Below, piece after piece: positions 10,075 through 19,776 of a stretch of DNA of 64,000 bases. The notes beneath the pieces were generated by a model, which saw only the letters and a program-made list of their open reading frames with translations, had not been told where the DNA came from and did not search any database. Source of the DNA: Candidatus Latescibacterota bacterium (GTDB taxonomy: Bacteria > Latescibacterota > UBA2968); assembly GCA_965204745.1 (NCBI GenBank), contig OZ242010.1:4736001-4800000 (forward strand), read 5' to 3'. The translations under genes and the position numbers were made by a program. Positions within the stretch are counted from its first letter, which is position 1; every line of letters begins with the position of its first letter.

Positions 10075-10104
10075 CCCTGGATCGGAGGATCCAGGGGGCT
10101 TTTT
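10067..10104. terminator. Intrinsic terminator downstream of the HsdR_N gene
   Basis: AAAAAGCCCCCTGGATC-GGAG-GATCCAGGGGGCTTTTT. Confidence 0.85.
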
Positions 10105-10229
10105 GCGTGGGTTGAGCGAGTTTTAATCATCGGGATCACTTTCAATTTCCCCCTTGGCGACCCCCTCGGCCACCATCTTGATACGGTGGAGATCGGTTTG
10201 CGTGGGCGCGCTCACCTTTTTGTCGAGCG

Positions 10230-11356
10230 TCAACTTTCCTCTGAAGCCACCTCATCATAGACCTGGCAGACGGATTTCAGTTGGCCGGCGTATTGGTATA
10301 TATCATTCACAGAATCGATGGGCACTCGGAGCTCTTCCCTGTCCGTACCTTCGAAGGTAAAAGTCTCCAAGTATTTCTGGGATCTGTTGAAGTGCAGTCT
10401 GCTGTTGAAAGTCTGGGCTTTCTGCCGTTGTCGTCCAAGAGGATACCGCAATAACTGATGCGGTCGCGCATCGTTACGCGCGAAAGGTTGACCGTGCCGT
10501 AAAGGATGGATTTCACGGCAAAAAATGCCTCCCACTCTTCTTCGGTTGTAACGATCAAATCATCACCTTCTCTATCTTCATCGTCTTGGGCCACGTCCAA
10601 ATCTGGTTGCTCCGAGTCCGGTGCAGAGACAGGGGCAACTTCGCCTCCGAGTGCTGATTTTAGTCGCTCATTGAGGATATCATTTACAAATTGATGGAAG
10701 GCCCGCTTAGCGACAGGTGCAAACTGTTCAATCACGGTTTGGGTTTTGGGTCGAGAATAAACATTGGTGATACAGAAGCGCACAAAATCCTCTGTGGGAG
10801 ACTCGTATTCCGCAGCCAAGATGTGTTTGATTTCCCGCATATATTTGAGCTCGCTTGCCGTGCTCAAGATGCTACCAACATCGAAATTGGCTTTGGTAAA
10901 TTTTTTCAGTTGCTCGACAAGAGATTCCCGAATGTCCAGCAGATTCAGCTCGAGAAATGGTTTGTCGTCCATCCGGTTTGCGGCTTCAATATCCGAAAAA
11001 AAGCGATATGCGATACCATTGGTGAGCACGCCGAAGCGAACCTCTTGAATAGCCGAAAAGTAGCGAAAAAGTTGACTGACATGCTCGCCGTCGAGATCAG
11101 CACCCGCAACCTTGCATTCAAACAAAATCGCAGGGGAGCCATCTTTGAAAATGGCGTAATCGACCTTCTCGCCCCTTTTGGTGCCCACGTCAGCGGTATA
11201 TTCGGGCACCACCTCGCGCGGATCAAAAACGTCATACCCCAACAAACGAATGAACGGCATAATGAGCGCGTTTTTGGTCGCTTCTTCAGTCTCCAACACA
11301 TCTTTCAAATCGAGTGCTCGCTCCGCCAGTTCTCGAATTTCATCAATAAAGTCCAT
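10230..11356 (-). pseudogene. HsdR N-terminal-domain restriction endonuclease-like protein, frameshifted near the 3' end
   Basis: TEEATKNALIMPFI..LGYDVF, GEKVDYAI, FECK and LTNG motifs. The family C-terminus (RLHFNRSQKYL...DIYQY) lies in another frame (ORF 10230..10535), with the shift near 10400-10420. Confidence 0.75.
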
Positions 11357-11450
11357 CGTGCCTCCTTTTGGGTTGTGATGGGATTGTATCCGGCAAATCA
11401 CACTGACCGCATCGGCAATCGTATGTATTCGGTCAGGAGCCGGATGCGAT

Positions 11451-11802
11451 TGTGGAAGCCAGCCAGATAACAAGGGCGTCCTCAATGTCCTTGTCGTTTA
11501 AGAGACGGCAGGCAACGTGGGCCGCGATTCTGGTCTTTCCGGCACCGGTAGGTAGATGAGCGACGACTCGACGCTCATGAGATGATAGCGCCTGCAAGAG
11601 GTCGGTCAGCACCTGCCGTTGGTACGGATGCAACGGATACTTAGGACGGACCGTTGCCGCGTGTGTCTCAAACACCACAGAGTCCCTCGCATTCCTCATT
11701 GACCGTGAACAATGGAACATCGACAAAGCTGTGACCCGATGCCGTGAGGCCCTTTCTGAGATTGGTTTTCAGATTACCTGCGGACACGCGAATCAATGGA
11801 TA
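11451..11802 (-). pseudogene. Internally deleted, truncated second copy of the AANH-helicase junction
   Basis: 11451..11702 matches 8761..9012 and 11693..11802 matches 9528..9637. The two parts are fused at the 10-bp microhomology TCCTCATTGA; about 6 substitutions. Confidence 0.9.
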
Positions 11803-12025
11803 ATCGTCTCGCCATCTCGCGTCCAGGTTTGCGCGCCATCGTCGCTGTAATTGAACACCTTGACATGGCATGAAAACGCCCGCGGAGCCAACACGCGCAT
11901 GCCGGCTTCCCAATCCCCATCCGGAAAATTCGCCTTGGGCGGGAGTCAGAGGTGGGCGGTAGGGACTGATGGCTTTTCGCCTTTTGCCTTTCACGTCTTA
12001 CGTCTTACGTCTTACCTCTTACGTC

Positions 12026-13117
12026 TTACCTCTTACGCCCTTCAAAAACCGGCGCGACGTATTCGGGGGCGTATCGCAGACAGCGATAGATGGCGCGGCG
12101 GCCATTTGGATGGTGGTAGGGGTTGGTAAATTCCCAGACGATGTCCTTATCTGGCGTGACTTCAAAGAGGCGGGAGCGACCGCCTTCGCAGATCAGGGTG
12201 TTGCCATTGGGCAGGCGTTGCGCGCCGGAGATGGCCCGGCTGAAGAACGCATCTTTGGGATCGGCCACGTATTCCCAAGCAATGGTTTCGGTGATGGGAT
12301 CGAGTTCGATGACGCGAGAATATCCGCGCAGGGTGCCGTTGTCAAAAATGAGGACATTGCCATTTGCGAGCATGTGGGGCTTGTGTTGCCCGTCGATGAT
12401 GCCCGGCCCCCAGGCCCAAACGATGTCGCCCGTGGCGTAGTCGATGACGCCGATGACGTCGTTGCTGCGGTACGAGAAGAAGATGTTGCCGGGCTTGAAC
12501 CGCGCATCGCGGTGGGTTTCCCAGGTTTGGTTGGCCGGGATGAGTTGGAGCGTGTTGTTGTGCGCCCAGTCAAAGGCGAATTGCCCGGTGGCGCGGTCCA
12601 AGACGTGTTGCCACGCTTCGGGCGACAAACAGGCTTCCAAGTCTTCGAGATGCTCCTCGCCTTTCCATTCCCACACCAAGTCCTTGTCGCGGGTGATTTC
12701 GATCATGTAGGGATGACGCTTGAGTTCAGGCCCCAAGGGCGGGCACATGGTTTCGTTGAGGGTGTGGATGAGCAAGTTGCCGTTGTCGCGCACCTGAAAG
12801 TCGTGGTCCGTGCGACAGCGCACGCGCCAGACCAACGCGCCATCCGGGTCGTATTCAAAAATGCCGACAGTGTTGCACTGGGTGACGCCCGAGCGGTCGT
12901 GCGTGGGCACCAAGAGATGCCCGTTGGGCAACAGCCTGCAATGCGATTGCACCGTGTGTTGCGCGAGATGCCACGTATGGGCAGGCTCTCCGTCCATGTC
13001 GATGAGGTACACCACCGCTTCTTTGCCGACTTCCCAGTTGGGTTCCGCAAAGGTTTCCGAAAACAAGGTGTAACCGCGATAGGCTTTGTCGGGATTGTGC
13101 TGTGTGATAGGTGACAT
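12026..13117 (-). CDS. Aryl-sulfate sulfotransferase (ASST)-like beta-propeller protein
   Basis: DHDF, DWAHNNT, GQH, FDNG, YSRVIE and SGAQRLPNGNTLICEG. Confidence 0.85.
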   Translation of the reverse strand: MSPITQHNPDKAYRGYTLFSETFAEPNWEVGKEAVVYLIDMDGEPAHTWHLAQHTVQSHCRLLPNGHLLVPTHDRSGVTQCNTVGIFEYDPDGALVWRVRCRTDHDFQVRDNGNLLIHTLNETMCPPLGPELKRHPYMIEITRDKDLVWEWKGEEHLEDLEACLSPEAWQHVLDRATGQFAFDWAHNNTLQLIPANQTWETHRDARFKPGNIFFSYRSNDVIGVIDYATGDIVWAWGPGIIDGQHKPHMLANGNVLIFDNGTLRGYSRVIELDPITETIAWEYVADPKDAFFSRAISGAQRLPNGNTLICEGGRSRLFEVTPDKDIVWEFTNPYHHPNGRRAIYRCLRYAPEYVAPVFEGRKR

Positions 13118-13188
13118 TGTGAGGCTCCTGTCAGTGGTCAGTGCCCATCCTCTCCACCCCGCTACCCGTTCAAAGACGAGTAGCGTGT

Positions 13189-13215
13189 GTAGGGGCGACG
13201 CCCCCGTGCGCGCTC
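13189..13215 (+). repeat. GTAG-type REP element (representative copy)
   Basis: GTAGGGGCG..GCCCC.GTGCTCGCCC-like copies at about 13189, 17069, 35961, 38725 and 43838, and inverted at about 62908. Confidence 0.75.
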
Positions 13216-13430
13216 AAAGATACAAGAGGGAAAGGCGAAAGGCAAGAAGGTAGGAACGCGGCCCTTGTGCCCGCCCCAAGTGCATCCATGGCCGCAACGG
13301 GTTTGGCGGTGCGGGGGGTAATCCGCGTCATCCTTAAATCCGCTTAATCCGCGATCCGCTTTTTGAATTTTTTCTCATGATAACGCCCAAAAGTGCATCC
13401 ATGCCGGTGTAAAAACAAGCGTGGTCTGTC

Positions 13431-13459
13431 TTGACAACGCGCCAATCGTTCCGTAGTAT
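13431..13459 (+). promoter_or_regulatory. Sigma70 promoter
   Basis: TTGACA-17 bp-TAGTAT upstream of a small ORF and the HTH gene. Confidence 0.7.
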
Positions 13460-13505
13460 TCCGCATGGTTGCGTTTTTTGGATGTCCTATTTGAAAGGAG
13501 GAAAC

Positions 13506-13571
13506 ATGAAAATTTTCGTCCTCGCACTTTCGGCAAACAGCATACCCGATTCGCCTCCGGTGAGGTGCTGA
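13506..13571 (+). CDS. Putative 21-aa peptide MKIFVLALSANSIPDSPPVRC
   Basis: Strong AAAGGAGG RBS 4 nt before the ATG, directly downstream of the promoter. Confidence 0.35.
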   Translation: MKIFVLALSANSIPDSPPVRC

Positions 13572-13691
13572 CGGCGGTTTGGTCGTTCACAATCTGTCCG
13601 TCATATCGCTCCTTTGGAGCCGCGGGTCTGGTATGTGAGGCACGGTAATTCGCCCACCATATCCATACCCTTGGAGGAGACGAGCGGACAA

Positions 13692-14066
13692 ATGTACAAT
13701 CCTGATTTTTGGGAAGTTCAATTCGATCAATCGGACTTGGAAATGATGCCGGACGATGTCGGCCTGTGGTACGAATCGCCCGAAGACCAACATTCGCGCT
13801 ACGACAGGGAAGACCGGGTCAAACGTCTCATCCCGCAGATCGATACCCTCTTGAATCGATCCCTGACGCAAAAACAATTTGAAGCCGCGGTCTTGTATTT
13901 CAAATACGGCAAAACCCAGCGGGAAATTTCCGAGATTATGGGCATTTCTCGCAGGGTGGTCAGCCAGCACTTGTTCGGCATTACGCGAAACGGAAAATCC
14001 GTGGGCGGGGCAGTGAAAAAACTTCGCAAGCTCTGCCACAAACACGGTATTGTCATCACGAACTAA
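13692..14066 (+). CDS. Sigma70 region-4-like HTH protein
   Basis: LTQKQFEAAVLYFKYGKTQREISEIMGISRRVVSQHL; GGAGGA RBS upstream. Confidence 0.75.
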   Translation: MYNPDFWEVQFDQSDLEMMPDDVGLWYESPEDQHSRYDREDRVKRLIPQIDTLLNRSLTQKQFEAAVLYFKYGKTQREISEIMGISRRVVSQHLFGITRNGKSVGGAVKKLRKLCHKHGIVITN

Positions 14067-14099
14067 AAACCGCCTGGGCAATAAGCTCAGGCGGTTTTT
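14066..14099 (+). terminator. Intrinsic terminator
   Basis: AAAACCGCCTGGGC-AATAA-GCTCAGGCGGTTTTT immediately after the stop. Confidence 0.8.
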
Positions 14100-14234
14100 G
14101 AATGAAAAAACTGCATCCACATTTGTGTTAAGTAGCCGAACCAACGGGTTGGTGCGGTTTGCTGGTATATCGGCACTCACCGCGCAAGACGCCTTCCGGA
14201 AGCGGATTTGTGCACAATCGAAAGGAGGTTCAAT

Positions 14235-14267
14235 ATGTCGCATAGTTACCCGGAGGGAATCGCCTGA
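14235..14267 (+). CDS. Putative 10-aa peptide MSHSYPEGIA
   Basis: AAAGGAGGT RBS at good spacing, followed by a terminator. Confidence 0.25.
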   Translation: MSHSYPEGIA

Positions 14268-14294
14268 TTTTCGGGCTTTAACCCTTCAGCCGTT

Positions 14295-14327
14295 GGGCCG
14301 GAGACAGTGTCTCTGGCCCTTTTTTTG
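14295..14327 (+). terminator. Intrinsic terminator
   Basis: GGGCCGGAGAC-AGT-GTCTCTGGCCC-TTTTTTT. Confidence 0.75.
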
Positions 14328-14357
14328 TGCTCCGGTCTGCGGTTGTTTTTTTTTGGC

Positions 14358-15830
14358 CTACGGATGGCGGTATTTGTCTCCGAATTTCTCTCGCAGTAGC
14401 GCGGCGCCTTCAGCGCGCCCGGTCTTTTCCAAGCGGTCGCAATAATTTTCAAACGCGCCCCAAGTGTGCATGGGGCCGCCCTCTTGCATGACGGTCCACA
14501 GCGGGTCATTGTCATGTGGACGCGGCATGGTCGCCATCATCTGGTCGTGCCAGTTCATCAAGCGGTACACCGCGTCGCGGCACACAGCGGGATTTTCGGT
14601 TGCGACATCGCGCATCTCCCACGGATCGTCTGCCAAGTTAAACAGCATCTCGCGGGGATAGAGGCGATACCCGTCGTGATACGTGCGAATATAGATCCAA
14701 TCGCCAAAGCGAACCGCGCGTTGACACACATGCGCGCACTGGCTTAGGATCAACTCGCTGCGCCCGGCGTCTTTGCCCTCGGCAATCGCGGGGGCATAGC
14801 TCTCGCCATCCCACAACGCTTGCTTCTGCCCGCCCAAGAGATCGGCCAAGGTGGGCGCCAAGTCGATGTTGTAATGCAGTCCGTCATCCACGATCCCGCG
14901 TTGCCCGCCCGGCCATTTGACGATCATCGGAATGTGGCAGGTGGCCTGATCCGCTGTGCCGTGCTCGCCGTAAATGCCGAGTTCGCCCATGTTCTCGCCG
15001 TGATCCGCGCTGATGATGATCGCGGTGTCGTCTAGCACCCCCGCGTCTTCCAACATGCCCACAATCAGGGCGATTTGATCATCCACATACCGAATCGCCG
15101 TGTCGTACCCGTCGATCATGCGCCGCAAATCGCCTATCGCGTCCAACCGCCCGGGATGCCGGGGAAAGCGCGGATTGGGCTGGTCGTGCCACATCATAAT
15201 GTCCTGCGCGGTGTGGGGGCCGACGAGCTTTTTGTGTTCTTCGAGCAACTCGGGCGTCAACCAGTCTGGCAGGGGCGCGTCGGCAAAGGGGTCGCCGTAA
15301 TCCGCAGGCGCACGATAGGGCGTGTGGATGTCCCAGTAATTGAGGTGCAAAAACCAGTTGTCGTCTGCGGCATTGTCCCGCAACCACTTTTCGACCACTG
15401 GGGTCACGTCTTCTGCGGACTCCATGCCGCCCTTGCCCGTGTTGTGAATCTCGTTGAAGCCCGCGTAAAAATGCCACGCCGCATGCCGCTGTCCAAACGG
15501 GCTGATCATCGCGGTTTTCAGCCCCCTGCGTTGCAAGAACCCGGCCAGACCCTCGTTGGCGAGCCGATCCCGAAACCCGCGGTCCGGCCCATTGATGCGC
15601 CGCTCTGCGGCCGTGCCGCCGTGCCCCACCACGCCCGAATGAATGCCGAATTGCCCGGAGTAAAACGCGGTGCGCGATGGCAAGCACGGCGCGTCCGTGG
15701 TATAGACCTGATTGAAGCGAATGCCTTGCGCCGCGATTTTATCTATAGTCGGCGACGTGTTGCGGTGATACCCATAGCAACCCAAGTGCGTGGGGTTCAG
15801 CGCGTCGAGGTCGAGGTACAAAATACGCAT
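14358..15830 (-). CDS. Sulfatase
   Basis: CLPSR, WDIHTPY, YDTAIRYVD and SADHGE. Confidence 0.9.
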   Translation of the reverse strand: MRILYLDLDALNPTHLGCYGYHRNTSPTIDKIAAQGIRFNQVYTTDAPCLPSRTAFYSGQFGIHSGVVGHGGTAAERRINGPDRGFRDRLANEGLAGFLQRRGLKTAMISPFGQRHAAWHFYAGFNEIHNTGKGGMESAEDVTPVVEKWLRDNAADDNWFLHLNYWDIHTPYRAPADYGDPFADAPLPDWLTPELLEEHKKLVGPHTAQDIMMWHDQPNPRFPRHPGRLDAIGDLRRMIDGYDTAIRYVDDQIALIVGMLEDAGVLDDTAIIISADHGENMGELGIYGEHGTADQATCHIPMIVKWPGGQRGIVDDGLHYNIDLAPTLADLLGGQKQALWDGESYAPAIAEGKDAGRSELILSQCAHVCQRAVRFGDWIYIRTYHDGYRLYPREMLFNLADDPWEMRDVATENPAVCRDAVYRLMNWHDQMMATMPRPHDNDPLWTVMQEGGPMHTWGAFENYCDRLEKTGRAEGAALLREKFGDKYRHP

Positions 15831-16018
15831 GATGCGATCCTTTCAGTTTTGGTGTGTGGGACAAGTTATCTCTGAACGCGCTTTTTGGCAAGTCTCCCAC
15901 CCGCCCTTTGGTTCGGGTTATATCGGCTAAGAAACTTGCCTGTGATGGCTGAATAGGGTATCATATTGCCAAAGCGTTGTGTGCGTTTGTGGATCATCTA
16001 TTTTTGGGAGATAGAATT

Positions 16019-16645
16019 ATGAGCGGCGTATTCGTCTATTGGGATAATTCCAATATTTTCAATGAGGCGCAGCGCATTGCTTCAGAACGAGAAGGCACGG
16101 CGGGGGCCCGCTATTTGGTTCGCATCAATTTCGACAAGATGCTGCGCTTGGCACATGCCGACCGGTCACTGGAAAAAGCAGTCGCCGCCGGCTCTGTCCC
16201 GCCGGAAATGCGCCAATTGTGGAATCGGTTGGAAAATCAAGGCGTGGAAGTCCAGCTGTATGATCGGGGTGCTCCAGACCGGGGCGAACAGGAAATCCCC
16301 GACCGCTGGCTACAGTTGCGTATGCTAGAGCACGGTTGGGATTACAACGGCGACCCCGGCATTGTGGCACTGCTGACCGGCGACGGTGCGGGCTATTACG
16401 AGGGCAGAGGGTTTCACAGCACATTGGAGCGCATGCACCGACGGGGTTGGAAGATAGAAGTTTTGTCATGGGAACATTCATGCAACCGAAGAATGCGCCA
16501 ATGGGCAGAGGAGAACGGCGTCTTTGTTCCGCTGGACGATTATTACTGGGCCATAACTTTCAGGGAACCGTCTCGAGAAGGTCACGAGTTTGCACCCGCG
16601 CGCGACGAGATGGAACTGGATCTGACGCAACGACCAATGGTCTAA
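16019..16645 (+). CDS. NYN (LabA/DUF88, PIN-fold) domain protein
   Basis: VYWDNSNI, EQEIPD, LLTGDG and GWKIEVLSW. Promoter TTGCCT-17-TATCAT upstream. Confidence 0.85.
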   Translation: MSGVFVYWDNSNIFNEAQRIASEREGTAGARYLVRINFDKMLRLAHADRSLEKAVAAGSVPPEMRQLWNRLENQGVEVQLYDRGAPDRGEQEIPDRWLQLRMLEHGWDYNGDPGIVALLTGDGAGYYEGRGFHSTLERMHRRGWKIEVLSWEHSCNRRMRQWAEENGVFVPLDDYYWAITFREPSREGHEFAPARDEMELDLTQRPMV

Positions 16646-16695
16646 GCCCCATCTCGCCTAACGCATTGTAGGGCCGTGCCCCCGGCCCTCTTGTT

Positions 16696-17018
16696 TAGGT
16701 TCTGTATCGGGACCTACCCCCCTAACCCCCCTTCCTGTGAGGAAGGGGGGAACTGTGAGCGGTTTTGCGAGGGGATTGATGAGGGATTTCTAATCGCTTT
16801 ATGCCCTCGCGCAACGCCATCAGAGCAACCAGAACTCTACGCCATCAAAGGGACTTTACTCCCCTTTCCTCGTAGGAAAGGGGCCGGGGGATAGGTCCCC
16901 TCGCGCAACGCCATCAGAGCAACCTAAGCCATCAAAGGACCAAACGCATTAACTGAGCAAGCAACACATTTGCTACTCTGTGCGTAACGGTAAAAAAATG
17001 AAATGTCAACACAACCTA
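16696..17018 (+). mobile_element. IS5-like MITE, left arm truncated, carrying hairpin repeats
   Basis: Starts TAGGTTCTGT and ends AAATGTCAACACAACCTA; the interior closely resembles 41358..41655. Confidence 0.75.
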
Positions 17019-17151
17019 GCCAAAAAAGGCACGCTGGGCGACAGCCTGTTCAAAGGCAAGTAGTGTGTGTAGGGGCGGTGCCCCTGTGCTCGCCCGAAGA
17101 TGCAAGAGGGCCGCTCTGGCCCATCAACTCGTCGTACACCAAGGAGGTCTC

Positions 17152-18159
17152 ATGAAAATTCTCGTCACAGGTGCTGCCGGGCAGGTCGGTTGTCGGCTCG
17201 TGCGGCAGTTGCTCGATCAAAACGATGACGTGCGCGGCACCATTCTCACAGGCGATCCCGCACGCAACCGGCTCGACGGACTCGACATCGAGTTGCGCGA
17301 AGGCGACCTGACCGATTTCGACTTTGTCGCGGATGCGGTCAAGGGCGTGGACGCGGTCATTCACACGGCCAACCTCGTCGGCCCGCATTTTGAACTCAAC
17401 AACCAGATCAACCTGCAAGTGACCCGCGCCTGCGAGGCATTTGCGGACCGCCTCGAACGCTACGTCTATACCAGTTCGTCGGGCGTGTTCCCCAACAATG
17501 GCGAAAGCGTCCCGTGCGCGTACCACCCAGTTGACGAGTTGCATCCCAAACGGCCCGACAGCGAATACTCCATGTCCAAGTATTTCGGGGAGATCATGGC
17601 GGAACGCGCTGCGCGGGAAACCGGGTTGCGCTATTCAATCGTGCGGCCCAGCCACGTCTTGTCCGGAACCAAAATCCTCAACCAGTTCAGCGTTGCCCGC
17701 GTGGTCAATACGCTCAAAAAAAGCCAGAGCAGGCCCGGCACGGAACTCCACATGCCCGACGGCACAGAACTCTGGCACGACATCGAAGCCCAAGCCGCGT
17801 CCCCGAATCAACCGTGTAGCATCACGGATCGAGACGGGCACCCGTGGCTGTACCAACCCCAAGACGCCCGCGACATCGCCCATTGCTTGGTCTGTGCCCT
17901 GAAATCGGGTGCGGCACTCGGCGAATCGTTCAATGCCGGCGCGCCCGAACCCTTCCCCTTTCCGGAAGGCGCACGCTTGATCGAAATAAAAAGAGGGGTC
18001 GAACCCCTCGAGGTGCAAGTCCCCCTCCGATACATGTACGATCACGCCATCGGCAAAGCCAAAAGCCTGATCGGCTATGCTCCGCAAGGCGATTTGAACG
18101 CCATGATCGAATCGGCCTTTGCGTGCGAGGAGGGCGAAACGGACTATACGTGGGATTGA
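17152..18159 (+). CDS. NAD-dependent epimerase/dehydratase
   Basis: MKILVTGAAGQVG, YTSS and YSMSK (YxxxK); AGGAGG RBS. Confidence 0.88.
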   Translation: MKILVTGAAGQVGCRLVRQLLDQNDDVRGTILTGDPARNRLDGLDIELREGDLTDFDFVADAVKGVDAVIHTANLVGPHFELNNQINLQVTRACEAFADRLERYVYTSSSGVFPNNGESVPCAYHPVDELHPKRPDSEYSMSKYFGEIMAERAARETGLRYSIVRPSHVLSGTKILNQFSVARVVNTLKKSQSRPGTELHMPDGTELWHDIEAQAASPNQPCSITDRDGHPWLYQPQDARDIAHCLVCALKSGAALGESFNAGAPEPFPFPEGARLIEIKRGVEPLEVQVPLRYMYDHAIGKAKSLIGYAPQGDLNAMIESAFACEEGETDYTWD

Positions 18160-19181
18160 GACAGGCGTGCGCGCAACGCGTCGAGTAGCCCATCTGCGGG
18201 TTCGCAGGGCAAATCCACGGGGCGATGGGACAACGCGCTCGTGTAAATCCCGAGCAGAATATTGAAATCGCGCAGGGCCAAGTCGAGATTGAGCGGATGA
18301 ATTTTTGCATCGTCTTCAACCCAGGCGAGCATCGCATCGGTCATCGCGGCCTGGCCCAAAACATCTTCCTCCGGATATTCGTGCGTGCCGCGCTCGATGC
18401 GTCCATCGATTCCCACTTCCCATGACCACATCGTCCAATGCACAAACCCGCGCGTGCCGTACACCGCGACCCGCTTGTGGACATTCGTGCGATCCTCATC
18501 TTTCACGCGCGGGGCACAAGGCCCGGAAATGAGTTGGGCGCGCAGGCCATCGGCGTATTCTATCGCGCCGATGCACTGGTCCGGCGCGAAATGCTTTTGG
18601 GGCGTATCCGCCAAGCCATCCGCGCCAGCGACTTGGCCCATGACCCCAATCGGCACGCCCTCCGGATGAAACGCGCTTATGGCCTGCAAGGTGTGCGTGC
18701 CTTGATACGCCAGATTCATGCCACAACTCGCGTCGATAAATCGCACCTCGCCGATATCTCCCCGGCGGACGATGGCTTGCAACTGTTGCCTGCGCGGGTG
18801 AAAATGGAGTTGGTGATTCACGGCAATTTTGGTTTTCGCAGTCGCGGCAAAATCCCGAATCGCACGCCAATCCTCGCCCTGAATCGCTATGGGCTTCTCC
18901 ACCAGCACCGCGGGAATACCCGCGTCCTCTGCCGCCTCAAAAATCTCCAGCCGCACGCTCGGCGGCGTGTTCACATGCACGAGGTCCGGCTTTTCCCTTT
19001 CAAACATCTCCCGGTAATCCACATACCGCCTGTCCACGCCAAACGCATCGCCGAATGCGTGCAACTTCTCTGTTGTGCGCGTGGAAATTGCGGCGAGTTT
19101 TCCGCGCGTGACACACTGATACGCCTCTGCCAACCCGCGGGCGCGCCCGCCACTCACGCCGATGATCGCACATTTGAACAT
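18144..19181 (-). CDS. Gfo/Idh/MocA oxidoreductase
   Basis: CAIIGVSGGRARG, PDLVHVNTP and LVEKPIA. Confidence 0.88.
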   Translation of the reverse strand: MFKCAIIGVSGGRARGLAEAYQCVTRGKLAAISTRTTEKLHAFGDAFGVDRRYVDYREMFEREKPDLVHVNTPPSVRLEIFEAAEDAGIPAVLVEKPIAIQGEDWRAIRDFAATAKTKIAVNHQLHFHPRRQQLQAIVRRGDIGEVRFIDASCGMNLAYQGTHTLQAISAFHPEGVPIGVMGQVAGADGLADTPQKHFAPDQCIGAIEYADGLRAQLISGPCAPRVKDEDRTNVHKRVAVYGTRGFVHWTMWSWEVGIDGRIERGTHEYPEEDVLGQAAMTDAMLAWVEDDAKIHPLNLDLALRDFNILLGIYTSALSHRPVDLPCEPADGLLDALRARLSQSHV

Positions 19182-19358
19182 ATATCCCCCAAAGTAGTCA
19201 GTGGTCAGTGGAAAAAGGTGAGACGCAAGACGGGAGAGGCAAGAGGGCCGCCCATCCACCCCGCCGTGTGCGTGCCCTTCCACTCTACCCCGCCATTCGT
19301 GCGTGCCCCGCTCATCCACCCAGCCGCCCGTGCGTGCTCTTTCCGCCTCGGGGAGGGG

Positions 19359-19763
19359 TTACAACTTATTCCGATTCGTCTCGGGTTGCCATGCGCGGAT
19401 GACAGCGGTTTCGAGGGCGTCGGTTTCTTCGGGGGTGGAGGTGAATGCGACAGAGAACATCGCGATGTCGCGGAACGTGCGGATGATGCGGCGCATGGCC
19501 GGATTGGGCACGTTGCGGCGGGGCAATTCGTCCGCGCAGTCCCGGAGGTGTTGCAACAATCGGCGGCGGATGCAGGTTTCGGATTTGCCCACGTAGATGC
19601 AGTCATATCCGTCTCCCACGGTAGCGGGCAACCACAGCGCGTACACCCCGCAGCGATTTGCAGGCAAGTTCCGCACCTGTGCGTGGCAAAACTGGAAGCG
19701 CGAGCGTTGCAAGCGGTATTTCATCCCGAACACGCGCTCTGCGATAGTGGGTTGATAAGCCAT
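19359..19763 (-). CDS. GIY-YIG nuclease family protein
   Basis: GVYALW...IYVGKSE..IRRRLLQH...LE..VI...P.TN signature. Confidence 0.8.
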   Translation of the reverse strand: MAYQPTIAERVFGMKYRLQRSRFQFCHAQVRNLPANRCGVYALWLPATVGDGYDCIYVGKSETCIRRRLLQHLRDCADELPRRNVPNPAMRRIIRTFRDIAMFSVAFTSTPEETDALETAVIRAWQPETNRNKL

Positions 19764-19776
19764 AGTGCCAATGTCC

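Noticed and set aside
11668-11994. ORFs 11668..11994 and 11433..11726 as intact genes
   Set aside because: Chimeric fragments of the AANH and helicase genes with unrelated ends.
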